From Bacteriovoracaceae bacterium (lineage in GTDB: Bacteria > Bdellovibrionota > Bacteriovoracia > Bacteriovoracales > Bacteriovoracaceae): DNA of 64,000 nucleotides. Below, in pieces: positions 40,711 to 49,655 of this stretch. The notes under the pieces were generated by a model. The model saw only the letters and a program-made list of their open reading frames with translations, was not told the origin of the DNA and did no database searches. The first letter of the stretch is position 1. Every line of letters begins with the position of its first letter. Where the stretch lies: assembly GCA_048270185.1 (NCBI GenBank), contig JBLWTJ010000001.1, positions 800,001 through 864,000 of the forward strand. The letters run 5' to 3'. Both the position numbers and the translations under genes were made by a program.

Positions 40711-41097
40711 GTTCAATTCTTTGAGGATACTTCTGGCCTGTTCAAGTTTATCTAAATCGATATTGTAATTTGCCAGCTTAGATTTTGGCGACTTCATTTG
40801 AACTTTCTTCTTAGAAGCTGTTGTTGCCACTTCCTTTTCAAGATCAACCTGACCGCGAAGAACCAACTTGGCCCTTTCAATTGTCAGTTTCTCATCGAAA
40901 AGCAGTCCTTTAATTCGAGCAAGAACTTGAATATCTTTCTGTTCAAAAAGCTTTTGACCAGTTGAAGAAATCAGCGGTGAAATCTCATCGAATTCACTCT
41001 CCCAAAATCTTAAGATATACGGCTTAACACCAACGATCGTACAAACTTCGTCTAACTTAAATAGAGACTTTTTAGGGATGTTTAGAGCTTCTAACAT
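40669..41097 (-). CDS. MerR-family transcriptional regulator
   Basis: IPKKSLFKLDEV..GVKPYILRFWESEF; conserved position downstream of ihfA. Confidence 0.88.
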   Translation of the reverse strand: MLEALNIPKKSLFKLDEVCTIVGVKPYILRFWESEFDEISPLISSTGQKLFEQKDIQVLARIKGLLFDEKLTIERAKLVLRGQVDLEKEVATTASKKKVQMKSPKSKLANYNIDLDKLEQARSILKELNLKSQSIQQRNNWI

Positions 41098-41098
41098 T

Positions 41099-41509
41099 CT
41101 AGAATCCATCTCCATCATTTTCAAAATCTTCAGTGTTATTTAAGAATGAACTAAGTGCATTTGGTTTACCATCTTTCGGAGGAATTGAAGTATCTTCTTT
41201 CCCTTTATCGTCAATACGGTGAACATAACGTCCAGTAATGTCTTCTTTTAGAACTTGCGAAGGTTTGAATGTAAGAACTCGTCTTGCAGAGATCTCCATT
41301 GCTTCACCAGTCTGTGGATTACGTCCCACTCTTGATGCTTTATCACGGATTGAGAAGTTTCCAAAACCAGAAATCTTCACTTTCTCACCACGTGCTAAAG
41401 TGTCCTTAATTACTTTAAATACTAGGTCTACAAGGTCAGACGCTTCTTTTTTTGAGAAGCCAGCTTCCTTATAAACTCTCTCGACAATATCAGCTTTAGT
41501 CAAGCTCAT
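41099..41509 (-). CDS. ihfA: Integration host factor alpha with C-terminal extension
   Basis: MSLTKADIV, VKISGFGNF, GRNPQTGE, RRVLTFKPS; GGAGG RBS before ATG 41509. Confidence 0.93.
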   Translation of the reverse strand: MSLTKADIVERVYKEAGFSKKEASDLVDLVFKVIKDTLARGEKVKISGFGNFSIRDKASRVGRNPQTGEAMEISARRVLTFKPSQVLKEDITGRYVHRIDDKGKEDTSIPPKDGKPNALSSFLNNTEDFENDGDGF

Positions 41510-41734
41510 TGCATTCCTCCATGAATCAAAAGAACCTTTATATATTAATAGGTTAGCAGAATAATACATATTGTACAAAAAAAATTTTGTAGGAAATATA
41601 TTTCTTTTTAATAACTTACAGACTCTGACCTTTAGCGCTTCATTTAAGAAAATTTTAAGTTGTTTGGATAAATAGAATCTATGTAAAATGTCTCTATCAA
41701 CTTCTTCTTGTCAAATTGGCGTATTGACATGAAC

Positions 41735-41773
41735 AATCCCCGGCATGAGTTTTACTCTTACCGGGGATTTTTT
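41735..41773 (+). terminator. Strong hairpin with U-tract on the plus strand
   Basis: aatccccgg..gagt-ttt-actc..ccggggatt followed by Ts. Confidence 0.75.
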
Positions 41774-41800
41774 ATTTCTGACCATTTTAATCTGAATTAA

Positions 41801-43264
41801 TTAAGATTTCTTCTTCACGGCCTTCTTTTTGGCCTTCTTCTTACCAAGTTTTTCTTGTTCCTTGGCAATTCTCTTTAGAAGCTTTTGCTTTTCTTGTTCT
41901 TTCTTCTTGAGAGTTTCACTAAGTTTAACATCAACATCGTTTAACTCTTCAATAAGTTTCTTAGCGACAAGCTTTGGTGACTTGGCAATTTTTGTATACT
42001 CTTCAAGCTTCTTCTTCTCATCTTTGATAAGAAGCTTTCTCTTCTCAACCTCATCTTTCGTCATACGATAGATTGGCATATCTGCTAGGTATTCAGAGTA
42101 TACGTATTTCTTCTTATCAAGGTGTTCAACAAAAGACTTTCTATTTTTCGACTTCGTCGCCTTTTCGTATTCTTTGTCCTTAATAAATCTAATAATTTCA
42201 TTATTCTTTTGAATTGAATCCTTAAGGTCAAGACATCTTAGCTCATATCGACGAGTTACGACTTTTAGTCTTTCTTGCGTGAAGATCTCAATAATCTCTT
42301 CTGCACGATTAAAGATCTTCACCCCTCTTTCAGAAATTAGAGTGTAGTTAGGAGATAGACTTGAAGTCGCACCAATTTTCTTTTGGGCCTCTTCTAGTGT
42401 TACTTCCTGACCTTTCTTAAAGAGCAATTCAATATTGATCTCATTATCAACAGATGCATCGACAAAATCTTTTAGGTATCCATCATCAATGAACTTCGTT
42501 AAATGACGATAAATCTTCTTCGCATCATACCCACGAGGTAATTCAGTAATAAAGATTTTTCCATTCTTCTGCTCAAAGCCCATATCAAAAGTTAACTTTC
42601 CAGTTTTCTTATCTTCATGAACAGGAAGAGAGTAATTATTAACATGAGGCTTAACCTTGCGGGCCTTACCTGTTTCAATAAATGAAATCATTGAACGAAT
42701 AATGTCTTTGTGATGAAAGCTTGGAATCGTTGAAGAAAATCCTGTTCCAATTCCCTCTGCTCCATTTAGTAACATGAGGGGAAGCTTTGGCAGAAGCCCT
42801 ACAGGTTCCATTGATCTCTCATCATAATTGGGAACCATTTCAACTTGGTTCATATCATCAAATAAGAGAATTTCAGAAACTTTACCAAGTTTACATTCAA
42901 TATACCTTCCGGCCGCAGGATCTGTTTCCATTCGCTCACCGAAGTATCCTTTCTTATCAATAAGAGGATAGTTATTCGAGAAGGTATAGTCTTGGGCCAT
43001 ATTAACAATCGCTGATTCAATTGAAGCAGGACCGTGAGGGTGTAGAGTTAGCACTAGCCCTGTGGCCGCCGAAACTTTGAGAAGACCTTTTGATTGATTC
43101 TTCCAAAGTGTATATAGAATTCGTCTTTGACCAGGCTTTAAACCATCTTGAAGATAAGGAATGGCACGATCCATCAGGGTATAAATCTGATAAGTACGGT
43201 ACTCATCTCTGACGATATCTTCGAGGTTAATTGACTCTAGGGAATGAAGATAAATTTCTTGCAT
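41801..43264 (-). CDS. Type IIA topoisomerase subunit A (short; no beta-pinwheel CTD)
   Basis: RAIP..DGLKPGQRRILY, HPHG, AAGRY (catalytic Tyr), LLNGAEGIGTG; Lys-rich tail. Confidence 0.92.
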   Translation of the reverse strand: MQEIYLHSLESINLEDIVRDEYRTYQIYTLMDRAIPYLQDGLKPGQRRILYTLWKNQSKGLLKVSAATGLVLTLHPHGPASIESAIVNMAQDYTFSNNYPLIDKKGYFGERMETDPAAGRYIECKLGKVSEILLFDDMNQVEMVPNYDERSMEPVGLLPKLPLMLLNGAEGIGTGFSSTIPSFHHKDIIRSMISFIETGKARKVKPHVNNYSLPVHEDKKTGKLTFDMGFEQKNGKIFITELPRGYDAKKIYRHLTKFIDDGYLKDFVDASVDNEINIELLFKKGQEVTLEEAQKKIGATSSLSPNYTLISERGVKIFNRAEEIIEIFTQERLKVVTRRYELRCLDLKDSIQKNNEIIRFIKDKEYEKATKSKNRKSFVEHLDKKKYVYSEYLADMPIYRMTKDEVEKRKLLIKDEKKKLEEYTKIAKSPKLVAKKLIEELNDVDVKLSETLKKKEQEKQKLLKRIAKEQEKLGKKKAKKKAVKKKS

Positions 43265-43286
43265 TTTATTTTGTCCTTCTTACTTT

Positions 43287-45485
43287 TTAATCAAGGTAAT
43301 CGATCATATCTGCTAGAACACCACTGGCCTTCTTGCTCACTGCTTTTTTCTTAGAGGCCTTGGTTGCTTTTTTGGCAACTTTTTTAGCGGCTTTCTTTGC
43401 TGTTTTTTTAGCGACTTTCTTTGCTGTTTTCTTAGCAGCTTTTTTGGCAACTTTCTTGGCAGCTTTTTTAGCAGGTTTCTTTGGTGCTACCGGCTCTTCT
43501 GGAGGTACACCTTCATTTAAAATCGTCGATTCTTCTTCATCAAGAAGAAGATCTTTTCTTAAATTCGTATCTTTTCCAAAGCAGATATTTAGCATCTCTT
43601 TTGCTTTGCTTGGTTTATCGATAACAATCTTAGTGTATTCTTCTTTTGAAAGAACATATTTCCAAGCTTCAGGAGACATCTCCCCTAATCCCTTGTTGCG
43701 ATGAATTTGTCTAATCTTTGCTTCACCTGCATTTCTAAACTCATCTAATTCTTTATCAGATTCAAAGTATAGAGTTTTCTTATCTGTTACAACCTCAAAA
43801 AGAGGTGCCTTAGCAATCTGGATGGCACCCATTTCAAATAATTCAGGCCAAAACTGGTAGAAGAAATTTGTAAGAAGTGTATTGATATGCCCACCATCGA
43901 CATCCGAGTCAGCGAGGAAGACAATATTAGAATAACGTAGCTTCTTCTCATCAACTTCTTGACCTAGGACTAATCCAACTGATGCCATGATGTCTGAGAA
44001 TTCTTGGTTATTTAAAATATCTTTAATTCCCGCTTGGGCAACATTCATTGGCTTACCTCGAAGGGCAATACCACCTTGATATAATTTATTACGAGCTGAC
44101 CTTAGTCCACCAATGGCCGAGTCTCCCTCACAAATAAAGAGAGTACAAAGATCACGTTTCTTTCGTTCGTTGGCATCAAGTAGTTTTTCAACTCTTTGAC
44201 GTTTTTGCTTACGGCCTTTTGATGCCGCTTCTTTGAGAACTTGATACTTATGACGAGATTTCCCTCTTTCAATAACAACTTCAAGATACTCTTTATTCTT
44301 ACGCATGAACTTATCAATATACTTGGCCATCAATTCCTCAAGGGCCTTTTCAAGCTGAACATCACGCACTAGTTTTCTCTTCGTCTGAGACTCAAACCTA
44401 GGGTTTGGCATCGTCACTCCAAGAACAAAAGTTAGGCCAGAAAGAATATCGTTATCAACTAACTTAATCTTTTCTTTCTTTGCTTGTCTTTCTAACTTGT
44501 CTTTAATGGCATTGATAAAGATACGTCTAACACGATCATGGTGGAAACCACCGTCATATGTAGGAGTTGAATTGACGAAAGAAATAAATTTTTCACGCTC
44601 TTCACTCGATTTATCAATATTAAGAGAAAGAGACATATCAATCTTCCCCTTAACTTTCTTCTTCTTTGTATTTATTGTTTCGTAGACATAACTTGCTTCA
44701 CCAAAGTCATGAGCATTTGCCTCATCAATTCTTTGGGCCAGTTCAAAGAGTCCTTTGTTATAGTGATACTTTTCACCATTAAAAAAGAAGGCAAGACCTG
44801 GGTTATTATATGCAAGGTCAATAATACGCTTTCTCAATAGATCTTCATCGATAACATTATTCTTATAGACTTCTTTGGCAAGAGTTACTTGAATCGATAC
44901 ACCAGAAGCACCTTTGAAAGTCTTTGGTTTTGTTTGGCTTATCTTAAGAGCACCATCGATAAATTTCGTCGTCTGCTCTTTCTTCGAATTATAGTGCTTA
45001 ATCGTTACAATAAATTCATCTGCAGTAAGACATGTGGCCGCGGCACCTAGACCATTTTGTCCAAGTGTACGATGAAGAAATCCCTTCTCATCTGTTTCTT
45101 CGTCTTTAAACTTTGAACCTGTTCTAAACTCTGAATAAACCTGCTTTACTTTATTAAGTGGAAAACCAATCCCATTGTCGGCAACTGTAACAGTCTTACC
45201 ATCAGCACTTAGAGAAGTGTGAATCTCTGTAACGTGTCCGCGGTAGTATTCATCAATACAATTATCAAGTAGCTCCTCAATGGCCTTTGATTTTGCTTGG
45301 TGAAATTTAACGGTTTGAAAGTCGACTGACTTATCTTGGTAAACGTAAGTTTCTAAATCTTCGATATCATTAGATCCAAAGACCAGGGTAATACGATTTC
45401 GACAGTGCCATCTCTGATCTTTACTCTCAATGACGGCGTCTTTCGTCTTACCTTTACGATTTACCTTTTCAATGCTGCGTCCCAT
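43287..45485 (-). CDS. Type IIA topoisomerase subunit B with Lys/Ala-rich tail
   Basis: ELLDNCIDE, DNGIG, GQNGLG, EGDSA, LRGK, DSDVDG, KGLGEM. Confidence 0.93.
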   Translation of the reverse strand: MGRSIEKVNRKGKTKDAVIESKDQRWHCRNRITLVFGSNDIEDLETYVYQDKSVDFQTVKFHQAKSKAIEELLDNCIDEYYRGHVTEIHTSLSADGKTVTVADNGIGFPLNKVKQVYSEFRTGSKFKDEETDEKGFLHRTLGQNGLGAAATCLTADEFIVTIKHYNSKKEQTTKFIDGALKISQTKPKTFKGASGVSIQVTLAKEVYKNNVIDEDLLRKRIIDLAYNNPGLAFFFNGEKYHYNKGLFELAQRIDEANAHDFGEASYVYETINTKKKKVKGKIDMSLSLNIDKSSEEREKFISFVNSTPTYDGGFHHDRVRRIFINAIKDKLERQAKKEKIKLVDNDILSGLTFVLGVTMPNPRFESQTKRKLVRDVQLEKALEELMAKYIDKFMRKNKEYLEVVIERGKSRHKYQVLKEAASKGRKQKRQRVEKLLDANERKKRDLCTLFICEGDSAIGGLRSARNKLYQGGIALRGKPMNVAQAGIKDILNNQEFSDIMASVGLVLGQEVDEKKLRYSNIVFLADSDVDGGHINTLLTNFFYQFWPELFEMGAIQIAKAPLFEVVTDKKTLYFESDKELDEFRNAGEAKIRQIHRNKGLGEMSPEAWKYVLSKEEYTKIVIDKPSKAKEMLNICFGKDTNLRKDLLLDEEESTILNEGVPPEEPVAPKKPAKKAAKKVAKKAAKKTAKKVAKKTAKKAAKKVAKKATKASKKKAVSKKASGVLADMIDYLD
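43330..43490 (-). repeat. Coding 12-bp-period degenerate repeat (KK-x-A)n
   Basis: PKKPAKKAAKKVAKKAAKKTAKKVAKKTAKKAAKKVAKKATK. Confidence 0.9.
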
Positions 45486-45558
45486 TCTTAAATTTTCCCC
45501 TATTCTAGCTTCGTGCTATAATCAATTCTGTATTAAGAATAAGGGAAACTAGCAGGCC

Positions 45559-46167
45559 TTGAAAGTTACAACGCGTCAACCATTGATAATTACAGCACTT
45601 TTTTTGCTAATTTCGATTTTTACAAATCATAGCTTTGCCAATGATTTTAGGGGGATCGAAGATGACATCAAAAATATTCTTGTCGAAAAAAAAAGAATTT
45701 ACCGCAAGGCACAAGTCGAGACGCACAAAAACAAACAAAGTTTAGATTACAGAATTTATGGGATTCATCCCAATAAGTGCAAGACTGCTCTGCGCAAGCT
45801 ATCGCGCTACGAAAAATTCAGTGAATATATCGATCTTGTAAAGCTATCTGGTTATTCAGAGAAGAAAAAGCAGATCTATCTCTATCTTGACCACACCCTC
45901 ATGCCTTTTCCAATGTCATTAAGCTTTAAAATTCCAAGAATCACAAGGCCAGGAGTCTATCCATTCACTTTTGATAAGGGATTCCTTAAAGGCCTAAAAG
46001 GTGAAATCAACGTTAGGCAATTAAAAGACGGACGTTGTCTCTTCTTTTCTACTTCATATTGGAAGGGTGAAAAGTCTTCAATCCCAGATACTCTATTTGA
46101 GATGTTTTCTGAGACACTTGGAGAGCTTGCCATGGAGAAATTATTTCGTATATCGCGCCGACTTTAA
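45559..46167 (+). CDS. Exported hypothetical protein (possibly START/SRPBCC-like)
   Basis: Signal peptide ending SFA; fold guess from sequence pattern only. Confidence 0.6.
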   Translation: MKVTTRQPLIITALFLLISIFTNHSFANDFRGIEDDIKNILVEKKRIYRKAQVETHKNKQSLDYRIYGIHPNKCKTALRKLSRYEKFSEYIDLVKLSGYSEKKKQIYLYLDHTLMPFPMSLSFKIPRITRPGVYPFTFDKGFLKGLKGEINVRQLKDGRCLFFSTSYWKGEKSSIPDTLFEMFSETLGELAMEKLFRISRRL

Positions 46168-47898
46168 CTCTTCAAAGAAAATCTTCTCACGAATATTCCA
46201 AAATTGACCTTTCTTGCGTGCAATAACGTACTTTGGTTTTCTAAAGAAATGTCGATCTTTTGAGACTTCTTCAATAGACTTTACCTTGTACTTTAATTCA
46301 GGGTTCTTTAAATGCTTTCGAACAAATGAATGAAAGAATGCCCCACGTTGGGAGTCACTTGTTAATTGATAGAATTCTTTTAGAGATTCTCCATTTACAT
46401 CGTAATAAGTAATTAAGAGACTACGACCTTTCTTGCCACTATATTCGCTAAAGATCATCTCCTCCACCCGCATAATGTGCGCATCCTTTAATTGCATGGC
46501 CTCTTTTAACTTCTTATCGGCATCGCGAATTTCATGCTCACAATAGTGGCATACATGGGCACTAATATCGTTGCTTTGTCCGCAATTTTCGCAAGTTTTA
46601 AAGCGAAAGAGAAAACCGCATTCTTCCACACTCATATCAGCTTCATTGATATGAATTCCCTGACATTTTCGCCCGTAATGTTCGATGACATGGCCTTCAC
46701 TATCCATCTTGCCCCAGAAGATATTCCCATGGCCACATTCAGGACAAAGAACTTGTACTTCCTCAGTGTCACCAGAAGGTCTTACTTCGCCTACTTCTGG
46801 TTTAAAAATATCGTGATCAAGTCCCGTATAATCAAGGATTAAACAATCAGTTTTTCCTTCATAGAGACGCAGTCCACGGCCAACAATTTGTTGGTATAAA
46901 CTAATGGACTCCGTCGGACGAAGAATTGCAATTAAATCGACATGAGGAGCATCAAAGCCAGTGGTTAAAACAGAGACATTAACTAAGAATTTAAGCTTTT
47001 GATCCTTGAAATCTTTAATTAATTTATCGCGCTCATCTTGAGGTGTTTCACCTGTCACAATAGCACTTAAACCTTCAGGTAAATAAGAGAGGACTTCTCG
47101 TGCGTGTTTAACCGTAGAAGTAAAGAGCATGACTCCACGCCTACTTTGAGCTTCTTGAGTGATATGCTTTACAATGCCAGGAGTAACACGGGCACTATCA
47201 TTTAAAATCTTTTCAATTTCTTGAGTTAGAAAGCGCCCTGTTTCATCATTAATTTCAAGCTTTGAAAAATCATAACAGGCCACAGGTGAATCAATTTTTA
47301 TCGGTCTTGTTAAGTACTTATTCTTAATCATAAAGCTAAGCGGTAGCTCATAAATACAATGCTTGAAAAAGCGCTCTTCTTTAGTTCTAAGAATTTCATG
47401 ATAGTGATAATTATAAACCCAGCCCATCCCTAAGCGGTAAGGCGTGGCAGTTAAGCCTAAGAAGAAAACCTTCTCATTTTGATGGCGCAATTTCTTAAAA
47501 ACTTGATGGTATTGCGAGTCTTCTTCTAGTGAAATTCGGTGACATTCATCAATAACAATAAGTGAAAAGTCTTTAAAGAATTCATCAGGAGCACGGGCAA
47601 CAGACTGGATAGAGCCAAAAATAACTTTATCATTATGGTCTTTTCGATTCATGGAAGCTGAAAAAATTCCGGCCTTTAAATCATAAGCTTCATACTTAGC
47701 ATGATTTTGCTCGACTAACTCTTTAACGTGAGCAAGAACAAGGACTCGACCTCGTGCAATTCGCGCAAGTTCAGCAATGACAAGACTCTTTCCTGCTCCA
47801 GTTGGTAGTACAATTAAAGCAGGATCACTTGATCTTTGAAAATGACGAATAGTCTTATCAACGGCCTCTGTTTGATAATCTCGTAACTTAAATACCAT
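46141..47898 (-). CDS. radD: RadD/YejH-type SF2 helicase
   Basis: LPTGAGKS, DECHRI, TATPYR, LTTGFDAP, QIVGRGLR, Zn-finger CxxC clusters. Confidence 0.9.
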   Translation of the reverse strand: MVFKLRDYQTEAVDKTIRHFQRSSDPALIVLPTGAGKSLVIAELARIARGRVLVLAHVKELVEQNHAKYEAYDLKAGIFSASMNRKDHNDKVIFGSIQSVARAPDEFFKDFSLIVIDECHRISLEEDSQYHQVFKKLRHQNEKVFFLGLTATPYRLGMGWVYNYHYHEILRTKEERFFKHCIYELPLSFMIKNKYLTRPIKIDSPVACYDFSKLEINDETGRFLTQEIEKILNDSARVTPGIVKHITQEAQSRRGVMLFTSTVKHAREVLSYLPEGLSAIVTGETPQDERDKLIKDFKDQKLKFLVNVSVLTTGFDAPHVDLIAILRPTESISLYQQIVGRGLRLYEGKTDCLILDYTGLDHDIFKPEVGEVRPSGDTEEVQVLCPECGHGNIFWGKMDSEGHVIEHYGRKCQGIHINEADMSVEECGFLFRFKTCENCGQSNDISAHVCHYCEHEIRDADKKLKEAMQLKDAHIMRVEEMIFSEYSGKKGRSLLITYYDVNGESLKEFYQLTSDSQRGAFFHSFVRKHLKNPELKYKVKSIEEVSKDRHFFRKPKYVIARKKGQFWNIREKIFFEELKSARYTK

Positions 47899-48151
47899 TT
47901 CTATTTTCTTTATCCCTAAACATTACAAAATCTCTTTTAATCCTCATTGCTACGGCCTTAGTGCAATCCTATAAATTTAAAACTTTTCCTTGGAATATTA
48001 TTAAAGATACTTAACTAAATGTATATTTATGATTCGTTACATATTTGTTCAATTCATAAAATCTAAAACTAAAAATCGTAAGACGTTAGAATTTAAAACC
48101 ATAACTTTCAGAAGTGAAAACATCAAAGAATCACAACAAAAAAACCCTTAA

Positions 48152-48201
48152 TTTCAGATAGTTAAATTACTTCTCCCTTTTTATTTGGCACCTCAAATGA
48201 A
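48152..48201 (+). promoter_or_regulatory. Sigma54-like promoter with upstream IHF-like site
   Basis: TGGCAC (48186-48191), N5, ATGA (imperfect -12); tttcagatagtta (48152-48164) resembles WATCAR-N4-TTR. Confidence 0.45.
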
Positions 48202-48296
48202 ATAAAATAAATTGACTCACTAGTGATATTCACTCATTAAAAATAATTTATCATTCAGTTCGCCATTCAAACTATGATAGCAGAAAGGAGTTCTCT

Positions 48297-48899
48297 ATGA
48301 TCAATTCTATTTCCAAAAATATCTTAACTTACCCATGGGACAATCTAGACTTTGTTCAAAACTTTTTGGCCCAAACTTATTATTACGTTAATCATTCAGA
48401 GAAATTATTATGTCTATCGATGGCAAGGCTAAGTGAAGATAAAGAGTTTAGAAGATTTAAGGAGCACCTTATAGAAGAGAGTGCACACGACCGTCTGGCA
48501 ATAAATGACTTAAAAAAATTTAATTCAAATATAAACAATCATACTGAGTACGCCACAACAAAAGCATTCTATCAAACACAGTACTACTTGATCGAACACA
48601 AGCATCCACTGTCGTTATTAGGTTATATTCTTTTCTTAGAAGAGCTTGCGGATCAAGCAGGTAGATCAATTCATGAAAAACTAGAAGAATACTATAGTAA
48701 AACATCAGCTTTCATCAAGCTACACTATGAAGAAGATGAGGATCACGTTGAAGAGGCCAAGAAATTAATCAACACTCTACCTGAAGAGATAAAATCAATT
48801 ATTTATCAAAACTATGATGATTCAAAAAAGTTATATTATTCAATGCTTGATCAAATCGTCGAAGAAATTACTTCAAAGAATCAAAACAAAGCAGCATAG
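48297..48899 (+). CDS. Heme-oxygenase-like diiron oxidase (iron-containing redox enzyme; CADD/PqqC-like fold)
   Basis: EHLIEESAH, YILFLEE and LHYEEDEDH match the HDO E/H..E..HxxxDxxH ligand spacing; AAGGAG RBS. Confidence 0.8.
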   Translation: MINSISKNILTYPWDNLDFVQNFLAQTYYYVNHSEKLLCLSMARLSEDKEFRRFKEHLIEESAHDRLAINDLKKFNSNINNHTEYATTKAFYQTQYYLIEHKHPLSLLGYILFLEELADQAGRSIHEKLEEYYSKTSAFIKLHYEEDEDHVEEAKKLINTLPEEIKSIIYQNYDDSKKLYYSMLDQIVEEITSKNQNKAA

Positions 48900-48914
48900 A
48901 TAAGAAGGTTCAAG

Positions 48915-49655
48915 ATGCATGATATTAACCCAAATGATTTAAAGCTCTATTTAATCAAGCCGGGTGAAATAACACCGACTGGCTACACTTCTCTTCTATT
49001 AGATTTTTACTATAAATGGATGGATGTTTGGAGAAAATCATATATCAAACTAGGGGCACGAGAAGATGCGATCGAAAAACTCTACTCTGATCGACTCTTG
49101 ATACAGGATGAATTAGTTATTCTTACCTATCAAGGAGAAATTGTCTCAGGGGCGAGCTTTAAAATATTTAATCTTGCAAATCAGCTTCACCTTCATCAAG
49201 AATATTTTTCAGATATTGATGAATTAACAATGAAAAAACTATTAAAAATATCCGTTGATAATAAATTTATCTCATGTGGAGACTTAACACTTATTTCGAA
49301 ATTTACAACGAGTAAATCCGATTTCAATTGGAAGTACCTTATTTTGGCGGCTTTATTTGAAAGAAGTATTAGGCAAGATAATGGGCCACTTGTTGCCTAT
49401 ACAAATAATATAATGAAAATAACAAAGGGCTGTGTGGACTTAGGGGCAGAAGTGATAAAGAAAGAATTCAAGCATCACTTACCTTTTGGAGCAAGCTGTG
49501 TTGTCGATGTCATTTACGTCAACGATCGGACTCTAGAGAATGTATCGGAAGAAATGAAAGTTTATGGTCTTCTCGCCAGAGACTTACTTGATCGATGCTA
49601 TAGCAACTCTGATATTCCAGTATTCTCTCGAGAAAGAAAGAAGTCTACTGGATAA
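48915..49655 (+). CDS. Hypothetical protein, putative GNAT / LuxI-FeeM-like acyltransferase
   Basis: N-terminal helix (VWRKSY), DELVILTYQGEIVSG strand pair, GDLTLISKF, C-terminal LGAEVI; fold inferred by eye. Confidence 0.5.
   Translation: MHDINPNDLKLYLIKPGEITPTGYTSLLLDFYYKWMDVWRKSYIKLGAREDAIEKLYSDRLLIQDELVILTYQGEIVSGASFKIFNLANQLHLHQEYFSDIDELTMKKLLKISVDNKFISCGDLTLISKFTTSKSDFNWKYLILAALFERSIRQDNGPLVAYTNNIMKITKGCVDLGAEVIKKEFKHHLPFGASCVVDVIYVNDRTLENVSEEMKVYGLLARDLLDRCYSNSDIPVFSRERKKSTG

Noticed and set aside
43333..43704. 123-aa hydrophobic plus-strand ORF (FLAAFLAT repeats) that looks like a membrane protein
   Set aside because: Antisense shadow of the Lys/Ala repeat tail of the topoisomerase B gene
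41801..45485. Prophage interpretation of the phage-like topoisomerase
   Set aside because: No integrase, structural or replication genes nearby; flanked by ihfA and radD
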